Sequence record: SRR31156797_4473
Reading direction: 5' to 3' (one strand)
DNA length: 51,999 nt
Shown here: positions 9,306-19,474 of the stretch, one piece after another
How the letters are laid out: every line of letters starts with the position of its first letter
Numbering within the stretch: position 1 is the first letter of the stretch
Translations under genes and position numbers: made by a program
The notes under the pieces: generated by a model
Seen by the model: only the letters and a program-made list of their open reading frames with translations
Told to the model about the DNA's origin: nothing
Databases searched by the model: none

Positions 9306-12300
9306 TCAATTGGACTTTACCTCTTCATTTCTATTATCAGTTTTATTCTTCCAGAACGGATGAAAACTGCGGACAGGCTCAAAGTGCTCATCCCCAAAAA
9401 ACTTTCCAAAACTCAGGCTGCTCGGCAGTGATGGAGGCGTTAATTGATGTTTACCGCCTGCTCCTTTCTTCAACCGTCCCCCTCCGTCCGGATCCACCGA
9501 CAGAAAAAGCTGCCCCACATCTGGATACTGCAATTCCAGACCGTTAAAGGCCAGATCAACCACATCGAGTCGCTCGCCAATTTTTTCGCTTTGCAGAAGT
9601 GCTTCCGCCACCTTACTCCAGACAGGTAAAGCACCCTGCCCGCCTGAAATTCTCGTCGTTCCTTTTATCATTGGAGTATTAGCATCATACCCGACATACA
9701 CCCCCACAGTATATCCGTTATCGACACTCAAAAACGATTCATTATCCTCGCTCAAAAGAGGGACATGCCCAAGAAAGGAGGCATTGCGATATCTGTTTGC
9801 GGTCCCAGTCTTCCCCAACAGAGGCACCGGCAGATCAAAATCAGCCAACTCCTGTTCACGAGCTGAGTTGGCACTATGTAGACGCACGGAATTGTGCGCA
9901 TACCTCCCAGTCCCATAAAGCACTGTATTTTCAAGGATATTATCAACAGCAGCAACTGTTGCCTGATCAAAAACCCTGCGCCCAGTCATTGTCTGCTGGT
10001 AAATAATTTCTCCACTCGGCGCCTCTATTCTCTCAATGATTGCTAGGCCGTTTCTGTCAGCAGTCGAGTCCTCATCACTGCTTCCCTGACCATCACGTCC
10101 TGCAATAATAAAATTTTTTCCGGTAACCAGACTTTCGTACATCCTGGTTGCCTCCAACAGGGAAACCACATTTGATCCCAATGGAAATGAAAGCACAGGT
10201 TCCAGTTTGCTTTCAATCCCGCACGCCTTCCCTAACTGGACAAGATACTGGAGGCCAAGCATGACTCTGTAATCACGAACCTCTGCTAATACTTCCAAAG
10301 AGTACGGGCGGAGGGCAAACAATTTATTTTCTTCAATCTTTATCTGTTCCTGCAGCTGCCTGTAGGATGCTGCAGTCAGACTATTTTCCAGGCGTATGCC
10401 TTGCCAAAAAAGATCCAACTGAGTTGCGTTTAATGTCTTTACAAAGCTTATTACCTGTTCGATCGGCCACCGGGTCCATTGACGACTTCTCAGCCCCCTA
10501 CTCCCAGAGGTAAAATGGACCCCTCCATTTTGGTCCTGCACCAGAAACCCCTGAGGCGGTTGCAACTTAACTGAAGGTGATGCACCAAACCAGTTTTCTC
10601 CTTGCTGGGCTTCTGCCTCTACATAGCTGCGATATGAAGCCAATCGAGCTGTAGTTTTGATAAGACCTAAATAGTTATCACTAAGCAGCCTGCGCCTCAG
10701 CTGCAGGTCTTTTCGTGCCCGTGAAGAAATCGATTTATCCTTTAGTAATTCTTTCAACTGCTCATCAAATCGATCAAAATGACGGCCGTAATGCAATTGC
10801 TCAACCAATTTGTATTCTTCAATTCGGTTATCAAACAAAAAATCTGTCCGCAGGGATTTTTTGGCTCTATCGAAAGCGGCTTTTTTTAGTACGTTGCGGG
10901 TAACCACAATCCCAAAACCATCTCTTATTCGCTGCTTAAACGCCTGATAACTTTCAACGACGCCGTCATTGACTCGGGGAGCCATATCCACCTGCGCGGC
11001 AACCTTCCGTAGGTGCAGAGGCGCCAAGTGGTCAGTAAGGTGGTACAAGAGCCACACTGCGGCAACGTTTTCAGACGTTACCCCCGCCCAGCTCATGGAT
11101 ACCTCCTTATGGGGGCTTTCATGGTCAGGCCTGGGGAAATAGGGCCTGCCCATAAACACAAAAACATCCCGTTGATTTGAAAGCATATCAACAGGGCTCC
11201 ATCCGAGCTGCATGGCAGCTGCAAAAAGAAAGGGTTTAAACGTCGACCCCATTAACCGTTTAGCGTCAATAGCCCGATTAAAATAGCGATCTGCCATACC
11301 ACCGGCCATAGCACGAACAGCTCCTTCCTGCAGGGCCATAACTCCGCCCTCAACGTTTGGATACCGCTCCAGATCACCGAGCAACGGCTCATCCCCCTCT
11401 TTTGGTCTGATACTGACATATACGATATCACCAGGTTGCAACTGCTTTATCAGCTTTCGGCGATCCTTGCTGTCAGGTTCAGCCCATCGATTCTTATTAA
11501 ACCTGGATAATGCGCGAATCATTCTCTTAATTCCTGACTCATTTAAGAGTACAGTTGCCTTGCCCTCACCAATATCGACAGTAGCACTAAAGCCTGTTTT
11601 TTTCTTTTCACCGACCTCCTTAATGACCCCAAACACAAAGGCACCCGGTACTAACTCGGAATCCCCGGAATACTCCAGCTTGCCATATTCTTGCTGCACC
11701 TCATCTCTTTTGTAGCCGCGAAGTCGGACATCGAGCAAAGACAACTGCCGACGCAGGGCATGCAAAGTCTGATGCTGAACATCCTTGTCGATGGTGGTAA
11801 TTACCCGGACCCCTGAGGTGGACACATTGGATACACCATGCTCTTCCAGTGCATCTTTAATAACTGCAGTGCTCAATCCGTCTCTCACCATATCCATAGT
11901 GGTATTCAGGCGAAAAGCCATTTTCCCACGCTCAAAGACCACATCACTATGAATGGCCTGTTCATATACCGGTTGGGAAATTTTTTGCGCAGCGAGCATC
12001 TTCTGCAACACATATCTCACCCGTTCATCGACCTTTTGCCTTGCTCTGACCGGGTCAGCCTGATTTCTCTTGGTAAATGGATTATAGTAGTTCGGCCGCT
12101 TAACACTGCCTGCGATGTAGGCACATTCCAATAAATTAAGGGCATATGGTTCTTTATTAAAATAATAGCGGGCCGCAACTCCCAGTCCGTGCCCATTGCC
12201 GCTGACAAAAAACTGATTGCTATAAAACTCCAGTATTTTTTCCTTTGAATATTTATACTCCAAGCGCAGAGCAAACAACAGTTCTTTCAATTTAGCCTCG

Positions 12301-12728
12301 TAACTGCGGGACTTCCGTTTAAACAGATTCTTGGCAGTCTGCTGAGTGATTGTACTCCCCCCTTGCACCACCCTGCCTGCCTTTATATTTGCAATCATGG
12401 CTCGGACAATCCCAGGAATGTCGATCCCAAAATGAGAAAAAAACTCATCATCCTCTGCTGCTACAATTGCATTGACAAAATGTTTAGGAATAGTGTTATA
12501 GGAAAGATATTGACGATGAACATCTTGAAAAAGCACCCCAAGTTTAGTTTCACCATCACGGAAATAAACTGGACTTTCCCGACCAAGAATCTCCTCTATA
12601 TAGGCTTCTTCAACTTCAGGTCCTGGGTTCACGACCACGAGGTAATACAAACCACCAGCAACCCCGCCCGCCAAAAGCAAAGCAAGTATGCTCAAACTGA
12701 AAAAGAGATATTTCAAGAACTTCCACAT
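9306..12728 (-). CDS. Class A penicillin-binding protein (PBP1A-like transglycosylase/transpeptidase) with large insertion
   Basis: N-terminal TM; GT51 motifs AEDDEFFSHFGID and QGGSTITQQTAKN; transpeptidase motifs GSTFK (SxxK), SEN (SxN), GKTGT (KTG). Confidence 0.92.
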   Translation of the reverse strand: MWKFLKYLFFSLSILALLLAGGVAGGLYYLVVVNPGPEVEEAYIEEILGRESPVYFRDGETKLGVLFQDVHRQYLSYNTIPKHFVNAIVAAEDDEFFSHFGIDIPGIVRAMIANIKAGRVVQGGSTITQQTAKNLFKRKSRSYEAKLKELLFALRLEYKYSKEKILEFYSNQFFVSGNGHGLGVAARYYFNKEPYALNLLECAYIAGSVKRPNYYNPFTKRNQADPVRARQKVDERVRYVLQKMLAAQKISQPVYEQAIHSDVVFERGKMAFRLNTTMDMVRDGLSTAVIKDALEEHGVSNVSTSGVRVITTIDKDVQHQTLHALRRQLSLLDVRLRGYKRDEVQQEYGKLEYSGDSELVPGAFVFGVIKEVGEKKKTGFSATVDIGEGKATVLLNESGIKRMIRALSRFNKNRWAEPDSKDRRKLIKQLQPGDIVYVSIRPKEGDEPLLGDLERYPNVEGGVMALQEGAVRAMAGGMADRYFNRAIDAKRLMGSTFKPFLFAAAMQLGWSPVDMLSNQRDVFVFMGRPYFPRPDHESPHKEVSMSWAGVTSENVAAVWLLYHLTDHLAPLHLRKVAAQVDMAPRVNDGVVESYQAFKQRIRDGFGIVVTRNVLKKAAFDRAKKSLRTDFLFDNRIEEYKLVEQLHYGRHFDRFDEQLKELLKDKSISSRARKDLQLRRRLLSDNYLGLIKTTARLASYRSYVEAEAQQGENWFGASPSVKLQPPQGFLVQDQNGGVHFTSGSRGLRSRQWTRWPIEQVISFVKTLNATQLDLFWQGIRLENSLTAASYRQLQEQIKIEENKLFALRPYSLEVLAEVRDYRVMLGLQYLVQLGKACGIESKLEPVLSFPLGSNVVSLLEATRMYESLVTGKNFIIAGRDGQGSSDEDSTADRNGLAIIERIEAPSGEIIYQQTMTGRRVFDQATVAAVDNILENTVLYGTGRYAHNSVRLHSANSAREQELADFDLPVPLLGKTGTANRYRNASFLGHVPLLSEDNESFLSVDNGYTVGVYVGYDANTPMIKGTTRISGGQGALPVWSKVAEALLQSEKIGERLDVVDLAFNGLELQYPDVGQLFLSVDPDGGGRLKKGAGGKHQLTPPSLPSSLSFGKFFGDEHFEPVRSFHPFWKNKTDNRNEEVKSN

Positions 12729-13019
12729 AACAGTTTATCAACAAAAAAAGTGATTAAAAGAGAAGGGCCTGCCAGCCATAGGCTATGCATATTCAACGAA
12801 TATTGACCGTACAGCATCGCTCTATTGCTAAAAAGCGCTGTTTGAAGCCAGCGTTACGCGAAAAACAGTAGCTAACCACAGAATTTTCCTTGTAAAACGC
12901 CACTAAACAATGGTAATAAATTCGGCATTGTGTCAATTTGGGCCCAATCATACCGCTGATGAAAAATAAAACAATATGATTTCAAAGCAATATCAGCATA
13001 TCTTTACATATCGAATTTC

Positions 13020-14717
13020 ATGATCCTACCCAAAAGAGTTGTCGTTTGCTGCATTTTTCCTACCTGCATTTTTCTTCTTTCTGCCTGCACTTCACTTAAG
13101 CCTTCGCAAAATACAGACTCTAGTCAATCAGTAACCAGTCAGCACGACGACACTGGTGCCCCCACCGCAGAAGAAATATCCTATTTGGAGATAGAACCGG
13201 AACAACATCTTGCAGAAGAACTCGCTGCCCTTGAAAAAATAGGGACATGGGAACCGGGTAACCTGGAAAGAACTCCGGCACCTGTGGACGAAGTCACATT
13301 TGATTTCCCCATAACCGTTAACAAACAGGTGCAGTTCTATTTAGATCAATTCCAGGGAAAACAACGGCGCCACTTTAGCCGATGGCTCGCTCGATCTACA
13401 CAGTACAAGGACGATATAGAGACAGAGCTGCAAAAAGCGGGTCTACCGCTGGACCTGTTGTATTTGGCAATGATCGAATCTGGATTCAATCCTTCTGCCT
13501 ACTCCTATGCTCATGCCGCAGGTTTATGGCAGTTTATACGCAGCACAGGTAGAAATTATGGTTTACGTATTGATACCTGGGTGGATGAGCGCAGGGAGCC
13601 TAAAAAATCAACCCAGGCAGCTATTAAATATCTCTCTTTCCTCCATGAAGAATTTGGTGACTGGTATCTAGCGGTAGCAGCATATAATGCGGGGGAAGGA
13701 AAAATCGGCAGAGCCATAAAAAGATATAAGACTAGAGATTTCTGGGAACTTGCCAGCCATAAATACCTGGCACTTGAAACCAAACGATATGTGCCTAAAC
13801 TTATCGCGGCAATCATTATTGCCAGGGAACCTGCAAAATATGGTTTTACAGACATACCCCACAAGAAACCAGTACAGTATGATACAATCAAACTCCCTCC
13901 AGCTACTGACCTCGCAGCCGTTGCGGTTACAGCTGCAACCAGTGTGAAAAGTCTACGCAAACTCAACAACGAGTTACGAAAAAACCAGACCCCGCCGGGT
14001 AAAAAGGAGTATTTACTGCGAATACCTGAAGGATCGAAAGCGCTGGTAGCTAACAACCTTGATCGTCTCCATCCCGTGATCACAACCGCTTACAAAACCC
14101 ACAAAGTACGTAAGGGGGATACCATTACCGGGGTATGCAGAAAATACAAGATAAACAAAACCATTTTGCTCAAGGCAAACAATCTTAGAACTGCCTCCTT
14201 AAAGCGAGGGCAACGACTCCGTATTCCATACAGGACAACTAAATATGTGCTGCTCGGCAAAGGGGAAACCCCGGAAAGCCGTTTCGCATCTGCCGGCAAA
14301 GATGGAGAGATGATTCTCCACACCTTGCGACGTGGTGAAACCCTGTCCAAGATTGCCAAACAATACGATGTCCCTGTCCGAGTTATTATGCAATGGAACG
14401 ATATACAAAATGTTCGGAAAATACGAGCTGGCCATCATCTTGCGCTCTTTCTTGATAACGGCGGCAGCTCCTTTACCAACTCTACAGCCTTTACCCAGCA
14501 ACACGATAACAACCGTATTGTAATGCTCACTGATCAAAAAAAATGGGCCGGCAACAGTGGTGGAGGCAACAAAACTTGGTATAAGGTGCGAAACGGTGAT
14601 TCTCTCTGGACGATAGCCCAAAAATTTCAGGTTTCTGCTAGCCAGTTGCGAAGATGGAATAACCTCGCCAACAACCTGATCCACCCTGGAATTAGGCTAG
14701 TCATTAAAAATGGGTAG
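13020..14717 (+). CDS. mltD: MltD-like lytic murein transglycosylase lipoprotein with LysM domains
   Basis: Lipobox LLSA/C; SLT motifs LAMIESGFNP, AAGLWQFI, AAYNAGEG, ETKRYVPK; three clear LysM repeats (HKVRKGDT, HTLRRGETL, YKVRNGDSLW). Confidence 0.88.
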   Translation: MILPKRVVVCCIFPTCIFLLSACTSLKPSQNTDSSQSVTSQHDDTGAPTAEEISYLEIEPEQHLAEELAALEKIGTWEPGNLERTPAPVDEVTFDFPITVNKQVQFYLDQFQGKQRRHFSRWLARSTQYKDDIETELQKAGLPLDLLYLAMIESGFNPSAYSYAHAAGLWQFIRSTGRNYGLRIDTWVDERREPKKSTQAAIKYLSFLHEEFGDWYLAVAAYNAGEGKIGRAIKRYKTRDFWELASHKYLALETKRYVPKLIAAIIIAREPAKYGFTDIPHKKPVQYDTIKLPPATDLAAVAVTAATSVKSLRKLNNELRKNQTPPGKKEYLLRIPEGSKALVANNLDRLHPVITTAYKTHKVRKGDTITGVCRKYKINKTILLKANNLRTASLKRGQRLRIPYRTTKYVLLGKGETPESRFASAGKDGEMILHTLRRGETLSKIAKQYDVPVRVIMQWNDIQNVRKIRAGHHLALFLDNGGSSFTNSTAFTQQHDNNRIVMLTDQKKWAGNSGGGNKTWYKVRNGDSLWTIAQKFQVSASQLRRWNNLANNLIHPGIRLVIKNG

Positions 14718-14924
14718 CCTTTACCCGTGCATCACAGGTTACCTGCACACCTGACTCTCAACACTCATAAAAGATACTTTCAACAGCACCGGTATTGCAT
14801 TCCGAGCAGATCATCTTATAGTATCGGCCATATGCAATCAGGTGCCTGTTTATCATTTTTATAACCCAACCCATTATCTTTGTGGCGGCACAGCCTGTCC
14901 AAGATTCTTTCCAAGCTGGTCTCA

Positions 14925-16121
14925 ATGAATACACAAAAATTTCCTTGTGGTGATTATCCTGACGATGTCACCACTCTTCATGTTGCTGAAAAGACAATTC
15001 TTCTTATAGGAACTGCCCACATCTCCCAACAGTCTGCTGATTTGGTTGGACATATTATTGAAGCAGAAAATCCTGATGCCGTCTGCATTGAACTCGATGA
15101 AAAGAGGTATGCTGCACTTTCTAAAAAACAGCGATGGGAAAACCTTGATCTGAAGCAAGTGGTACGAAAAAAACAGTTGTCCACTCTTCTCGTCAACCTC
15201 ATTTTATCTTCCTACCAGAAAAAACTTGGCGGCCAAATGGGCGTCATGCCTGGAACCGAACTGCTCACTGCAGCAACGGCGGCCGAAAAATTGGCAATAC
15301 CTGTAGAACTTTGTGATCGAAGCATTCGGGTGACACTCCGGCGAGCATGGCATGCAACCTCCTTTTTCAAAAAAAGTTATTTACTTTCCAGCCTTGTTGC
15401 CAGCCTTTTTGATAAAACAGAACTTGATGAAGACAAGCTCACGGAACTAAGAAAGAAAGACGTGCTTTCCGAGTTGATGGATGAGCTTGGACAAACCTTT
15501 CCCGATACTAAACGTGCTCTCATTGATGAACGCGATATATTTATGGCTGAGAAGATTAAAGACGCCATTGGCAACCGAATTGTAGCTGTGGTTGGTGCAG
15601 GACATGTCGCCGGAATTGTAAAAACAATCCAGGAAGACAACAGCCAGATCATGGAAGAAATCAATACCATCCCACCAGTTTCTAAAATATGGAAATTCGC
15701 AGGTTGGTCCATTCCCCTGCTCATCATTCTTTCCATACTCCTGATTGGTCTAAAACAAGGCGCTGGTGAAGCCAGTGCAAATGCTCTTTTTTGGGTGCTT
15801 GCCAATGGCATTCCCTCTTCAGTCGGTGCTCTTTTTGCCTTTGCTCATCCGATGACTATTTTTTCAGCCTTTGCGGCTGCTCCTATCACAAGTCTCACAC
15901 CGGTTATTGGGGCCGGCTATGTCTGCGCCTTTGTACAGATCATGACCCAGCCACCGGTTGTAAAAGAGTTTGATTCGGTAGGGGAGGATATTTCTTCTTT
16001 CACCGGCTGGTGGAAAAATAAATTGCTGCGGGTCTTTCTTGTTTTCATTCTTACTGGCGTCGGTTCCAGTATTGGTACCTGGGTCGGCGGTTACCGAATA
16101 GTCAGCAATCTCCTGAGCTAA
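14925..16121 (+). CDS. TraB (pheromone-shutdown/TraB-GumN) family membrane protein
   Basis: LIGTAHIS, PDAVCIELD, GVMPGTE, LIDERDIFMA, VVGAGHVAG, C-terminal TM segments. Start uncertain (14925 vs 14880). Confidence 0.88.
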   Translation: MNTQKFPCGDYPDDVTTLHVAEKTILLIGTAHISQQSADLVGHIIEAENPDAVCIELDEKRYAALSKKQRWENLDLKQVVRKKQLSTLLVNLILSSYQKKLGGQMGVMPGTELLTAATAAEKLAIPVELCDRSIRVTLRRAWHATSFFKKSYLLSSLVASLFDKTELDEDKLTELRKKDVLSELMDELGQTFPDTKRALIDERDIFMAEKIKDAIGNRIVAVVGAGHVAGIVKTIQEDNSQIMEEINTIPPVSKIWKFAGWSIPLLIILSILLIGLKQGAGEASANALFWVLANGIPSSVGALFAFAHPMTIFSAFAAAPITSLTPVIGAGYVCAFVQIMTQPPVVKEFDSVGEDISSFTGWWKNKLLRVFLVFILTGVGSSIGTWVGGYRIVSNLLS

Positions 16122-16200
16122 ACTATACATTCTCGTCGATTGTAACTAAATTTTTTTAATAATCGAATTCTATTAAGTTCTACTTTTTACTTACCTAACT

Positions 16201-16524
16201 ATGAGCGATAACGATCCAAAATCATTAACATTAAACGTCAAAAAAAGAAAATTCTTACGTGGTCTTGGCCATCATCTGGAGCCTGTTGTCTATGTTGGCA
16301 AGGAAGGTATTTCAGCCACCCTTATTCAAGCAACAGAGAGCGCTTTGAAGGCTCATGAATTGATTAAAATCAAACTAGGCCAGAACTGTCCATTGCCTAA
16401 AAAGGAAGCAGCAGAAGCCCTGTCTGAAGCTACAGGAGCTAACCTGGTTCAGCTTATAGGCAAAACAGTACTTCTTTTTCTGCCTAACCCTGAATTACCA
16501 AAGGATAAAAGAATCAAAATGTGA
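16201..16524 (+). CDS. yhbY: Ribosome assembly RNA-binding protein YhbY (CRM domain)
   Basis: FLRGLGHHLEPVVYVGKEG, HELIKIK, VQLIGKTVLLF. Confidence 0.92.
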   Translation: MSDNDPKSLTLNVKKRKFLRGLGHHLEPVVYVGKEGISATLIQATESALKAHELIKIKLGQNCPLPKKEAAEALSEATGANLVQLIGKTVLLFLPNPELPKDKRIKM

Positions 16525-16888
16525 CAACACCCTATAAACATTACGATTCAAAAATTTTGCTGAACCGCTTTAGCCCTGTAACACTTCCCCTATAAACATA
16601 GTATGTTACAACAGCCTTCCCCTAGTCGCTCAATTCTTCGACTAGGGGTCATGGATCATCGTCATTTGCGCTTCTGCAAAAACAAGATCTCTCCGCAGCA
16701 CATGCAACCTTCAAGCCGATGGTTAACGACCTTATTTATCGGGTGCTGTGATGAGTATCCTTTGCTTTCTCCCCCTAACGAAAAAAAAACAGGGTCATAC
16801 CTTTTCTTTCCAGGGATACGAATAACATAGCCTTTCAGGGGCAAAGATAAATTCGTAATCTGTGAAAATCAACGCCGAGGCAAGCATC

Positions 16889-17431
16889 ATGGGAAATACA
16901 TTATTTGATCAATTGAAAAAAACAGGATTGATCGATGAAAAAAAGGCAAAACAGCTCAAAAAAGAAAAGCATCATCAGAGTAAACAAAAAACAGGAAAGA
17001 ATGTAAAAAAAGTTACAAAAAGCCAACAGGTTGCGCAAAAATCACAAGCTGAAAAAGCCACAAGAGATAGGGCTCTCAATCAGCAGCGCAAACAGGCTGC
17101 CGAAAAGAAAGCGCTTACCGCACAGATCCGTCAAATAATCAAACAGAACAGGATCAAGGAGACTGAGGGTGAAATTCGATACCATTTCAGTGACCAAAAT
17201 AAGGTACAGCGGCTCTTTATTTCAGAGACTGTCCAGAAGCAATTAATAAGTGGCAAGCTGTTAATCGTTAAAATAGGTCAAAAATATGAGTTAGTTCCCT
17301 CTGAGGTGGGGGAAAAGATAAAAGCCCGTGACCCGCATTGCGTTATCTCTATGCCAAAGACTGCGGAAAAAAAGACCACTGAAGAAGATCCGTATGCTGA
17401 CTACCAAGTACCGGACGACTTAATGTGGTAA
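16889..17431 (+). CDS. DUF2058 (YaiL-like) family protein
   Basis: LFDQLKKTGLIDEKKAK start, RDRALNQQR, terminal DPYADYQVPDDLMW. Confidence 0.88.
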   Translation: MGNTLFDQLKKTGLIDEKKAKQLKKEKHHQSKQKTGKNVKKVTKSQQVAQKSQAEKATRDRALNQQRKQAAEKKALTAQIRQIIKQNRIKETEGEIRYHFSDQNKVQRLFISETVQKQLISGKLLIVKIGQKYELVPSEVGEKIKARDPHCVISMPKTAEKKTTEEDPYADYQVPDDLMW

Positions 17432-17540
17432 AGAACAAGAACACCGAAAAAGAGAACTGCTTTTAATGCTTGTTTGTATGAAATTTAGAGCCCTCCAATT
17501 TTAAGCCATTTCCCAGCAGCAACGAACAAACGTTTTATAC

Positions 17541-17576
17541 AAAAAAAGCCACCCCTTAATGACTAAAGGGTGGCTT
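17541..17576 (-). terminator. Rho-independent terminator of the GGCT-like gene
   Basis: AAGCCACCC...GGGTGGCTT stem with an A7 run on the + strand (T7 on minus). Confidence 0.78.
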
Positions 17577-17611
17577 AAAAACTACTTGATAAAAGCAATA
17601 TTTCTTATAGG

Positions 17612-18052
17612 TCATAGGTCACCCCTGTCAAAGAGATCCCGGCGGTCTTCCACAAACCAATTAATGAAACGTTCGAGTCCGTTTTGCAAAAAACGGTCAA
17701 AGTTCCAGGGATCAGTGGACAAAAGGTTTAGATATTCATCTTTAAAGGCGTACGCCCAAGCGTCCTGAACCTTGCCATCAGGAAGCGTTATCGGAACAGT
17801 GACGCGTTTATATTTGTCGCCTTCAAAGGCATCAAGTTTAAGTAGAGCATCTTCATCAATTCCCCAATACAGTTTACCAGAGACATTGGCACCTTCCTCA
17901 ACCTTTATGCCTGGGTATTCTGTTTGTTCAACACGGTATCGAGCCCAGTCAAGCAACATTGCTTCAGTGCCGTCAAATGCCGTACCTGTAACAGCCTTCA
18001 TGACAAGAGGTGATTGTAAAGTGCCGTAGCAAAACAGTGCTTCTTTTCCCAT
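17612..18052 (-). CDS. Gamma-glutamylcyclotransferase (AIG2-like) family protein
   Basis: LFCYGTLQ, YPGI, VSGKLY, LDAFEGDKYKR. ATG 18052 has AAGGA upstream. Confidence 0.88.
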   Translation of the reverse strand: MGKEALFCYGTLQSPLVMKAVTGTAFDGTEAMLLDWARYRVEQTEYPGIKVEEGANVSGKLYWGIDEDALLKLDAFEGDKYKRVTVPITLPDGKVQDAWAYAFKDEYLNLLSTDPWNFDRFLQNGLERFINWFVEDRRDLFDRGDL

Positions 18053-18332
18053 ATCGGTCCTTACCAATTTTACGGAATCTGCGTTTCCGCTTCTCATGGT
18101 TTGTCAGATAAAACAATAAATATAATTATTATTGCTTCGTAGCCCCTGTAACTAATATCTTTTTTACACTTGTTAATTAGCGATAGTGTAAATGTATTAA
18201 CATAACGCAACTCGGAGTATTTTCCAAGTGAGATAACAAAAAAAGCTCAAACATGTATTTCGTAATACCTTTGTAAAGAGCAGTTAAAATAATGCACCAA
18301 AAAAAATGCTTACAGGTGTACGATTTTCTATT

Positions 18333-19065
18333 TCAATTACTGCTTAAAGCCTGATCAAGATATACGGTGAATCGTTGCCATGATTTCAAATCGGAATTTT
18401 TGTGATAACGGTCTGACCCAAACACCGTAAAAGCGTGGGGAGCTCCGCTGTAGGTTGTCATCTCATGTTTGATACCAGAATCTTCCAAGTCTTGAGCAAG
18501 TTCTGCAAATTCTTCCATACTCACAGCTTTATCGGCTGTACCGTGAAAAACAAGGACCTCACCTTTAACTTTTGTATAGTCCTGGCCTTCTAGGGTGCTT
18601 AGTCCACCGTGGAAGCTCACAAAGCCTTTCAAATCAGCACCTGAACGAGCAAATTCATGGACAGCAGCTCCTCCAAAGCAATATCCTGCAACCACACTAT
18701 TATCAACGTCGGCACCATTTTTACTAGCAGCGTCCAGACCACCGTAAAGAAGAAGTCGCATCCGCTGACGATCATTATAGAGGGATTTGGTGAGTTTCCG
18801 TTTATCAGCTAAAGCGGTCGGTCGAACACCTTTGCCAAACAAGTCAATTACAAAAACAGCGTAGCCTAATTCATTAAGCATGGAGGCTCGGCGTTTTTCG
18901 TAATCTGTTACACCATCCCAGTCATGGATTAACAAAATAAGGGGGGCGGATTTTTGCTGGCTGACAAAATATTCTTCAAATGTTTCATCTCCGACATTGT
19001 ATTCAACATTCTGACCTCCGGCAAAGGCTAATGAAAAAGAAAGATAAAAAAAGTATAAATCGCAT
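18333..19065 (-). pseudogene. Dienelactone hydrolase family protein with a frameshifted 5' end (pseudogene, phase-variable gene or sequencing error)
   Basis: HDWDG, GYCFGG, SFHGGL, FHGTAD, YSGAPHAFT motifs. The catalytic frame extends upstream (SFSLAFAGGQNVEY...) without a start codon, while the RBS-preceded ATG at 19065 is one base out of frame across a T7 tract. Confidence 0.75.
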
Positions 19066-19474
19066 ATTACACCTCTTGCCCAGATGATTAGATATATGTT
19101 TAGTAGACGGTCGGCAGTTAAGCTTTACCAGTACAAATTTTAAAACGAGGGATCCAATGTGAAAAATCAATATTGTTTCTTATGTTGAATATTTTTTTTG
19201 ATAAAGCCACCCTTATGATCATTGAAAAGCCAACAGGAAAATGGCTCTTTGCAAAAGGTATTTTCTACGGTAAAAGAAGGGCGTGGTAAAAGAGGAGTAC
19301 CCTAGAAACTTGCTTTTTGGGGCACCTGGTGTCTAAGCTATAACAGCTTCCCTACTGGTAACTTCCTTCACGCTCCTTCTATACAATGCAGTAAATTAAA
19401 GCTACAAAACTACTGCTTATAGATTTTGAAATAAGTGACATATTTTTCGGTCAACCGAGAAACAAGGAGAAAAA

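Noticed and set aside
10250..11035. Intein in the PBP
   Set aside because: No Cys/Ser start with His-Asn end and no homing endonuclease motifs seen.
14925..16121. TraB as evidence for a conjugative element
   Set aside because: This is the chromosomal TraB/GumN-type family, and no relaxase, T4SS or integrase genes are nearby.
16662..16844. 60-aa ORF with KVVNHRLEGCMCCGE, faintly like an IS66 zinc-finger segment
   Set aside because: The resemblance is too short and there are no other transposase features or IS ends; it needs a tblastn test.
19080..19474. Known ZTP or glycine riboswitch upstream of glyA
   Set aside because: Consensus motifs were not recognisable by eye.
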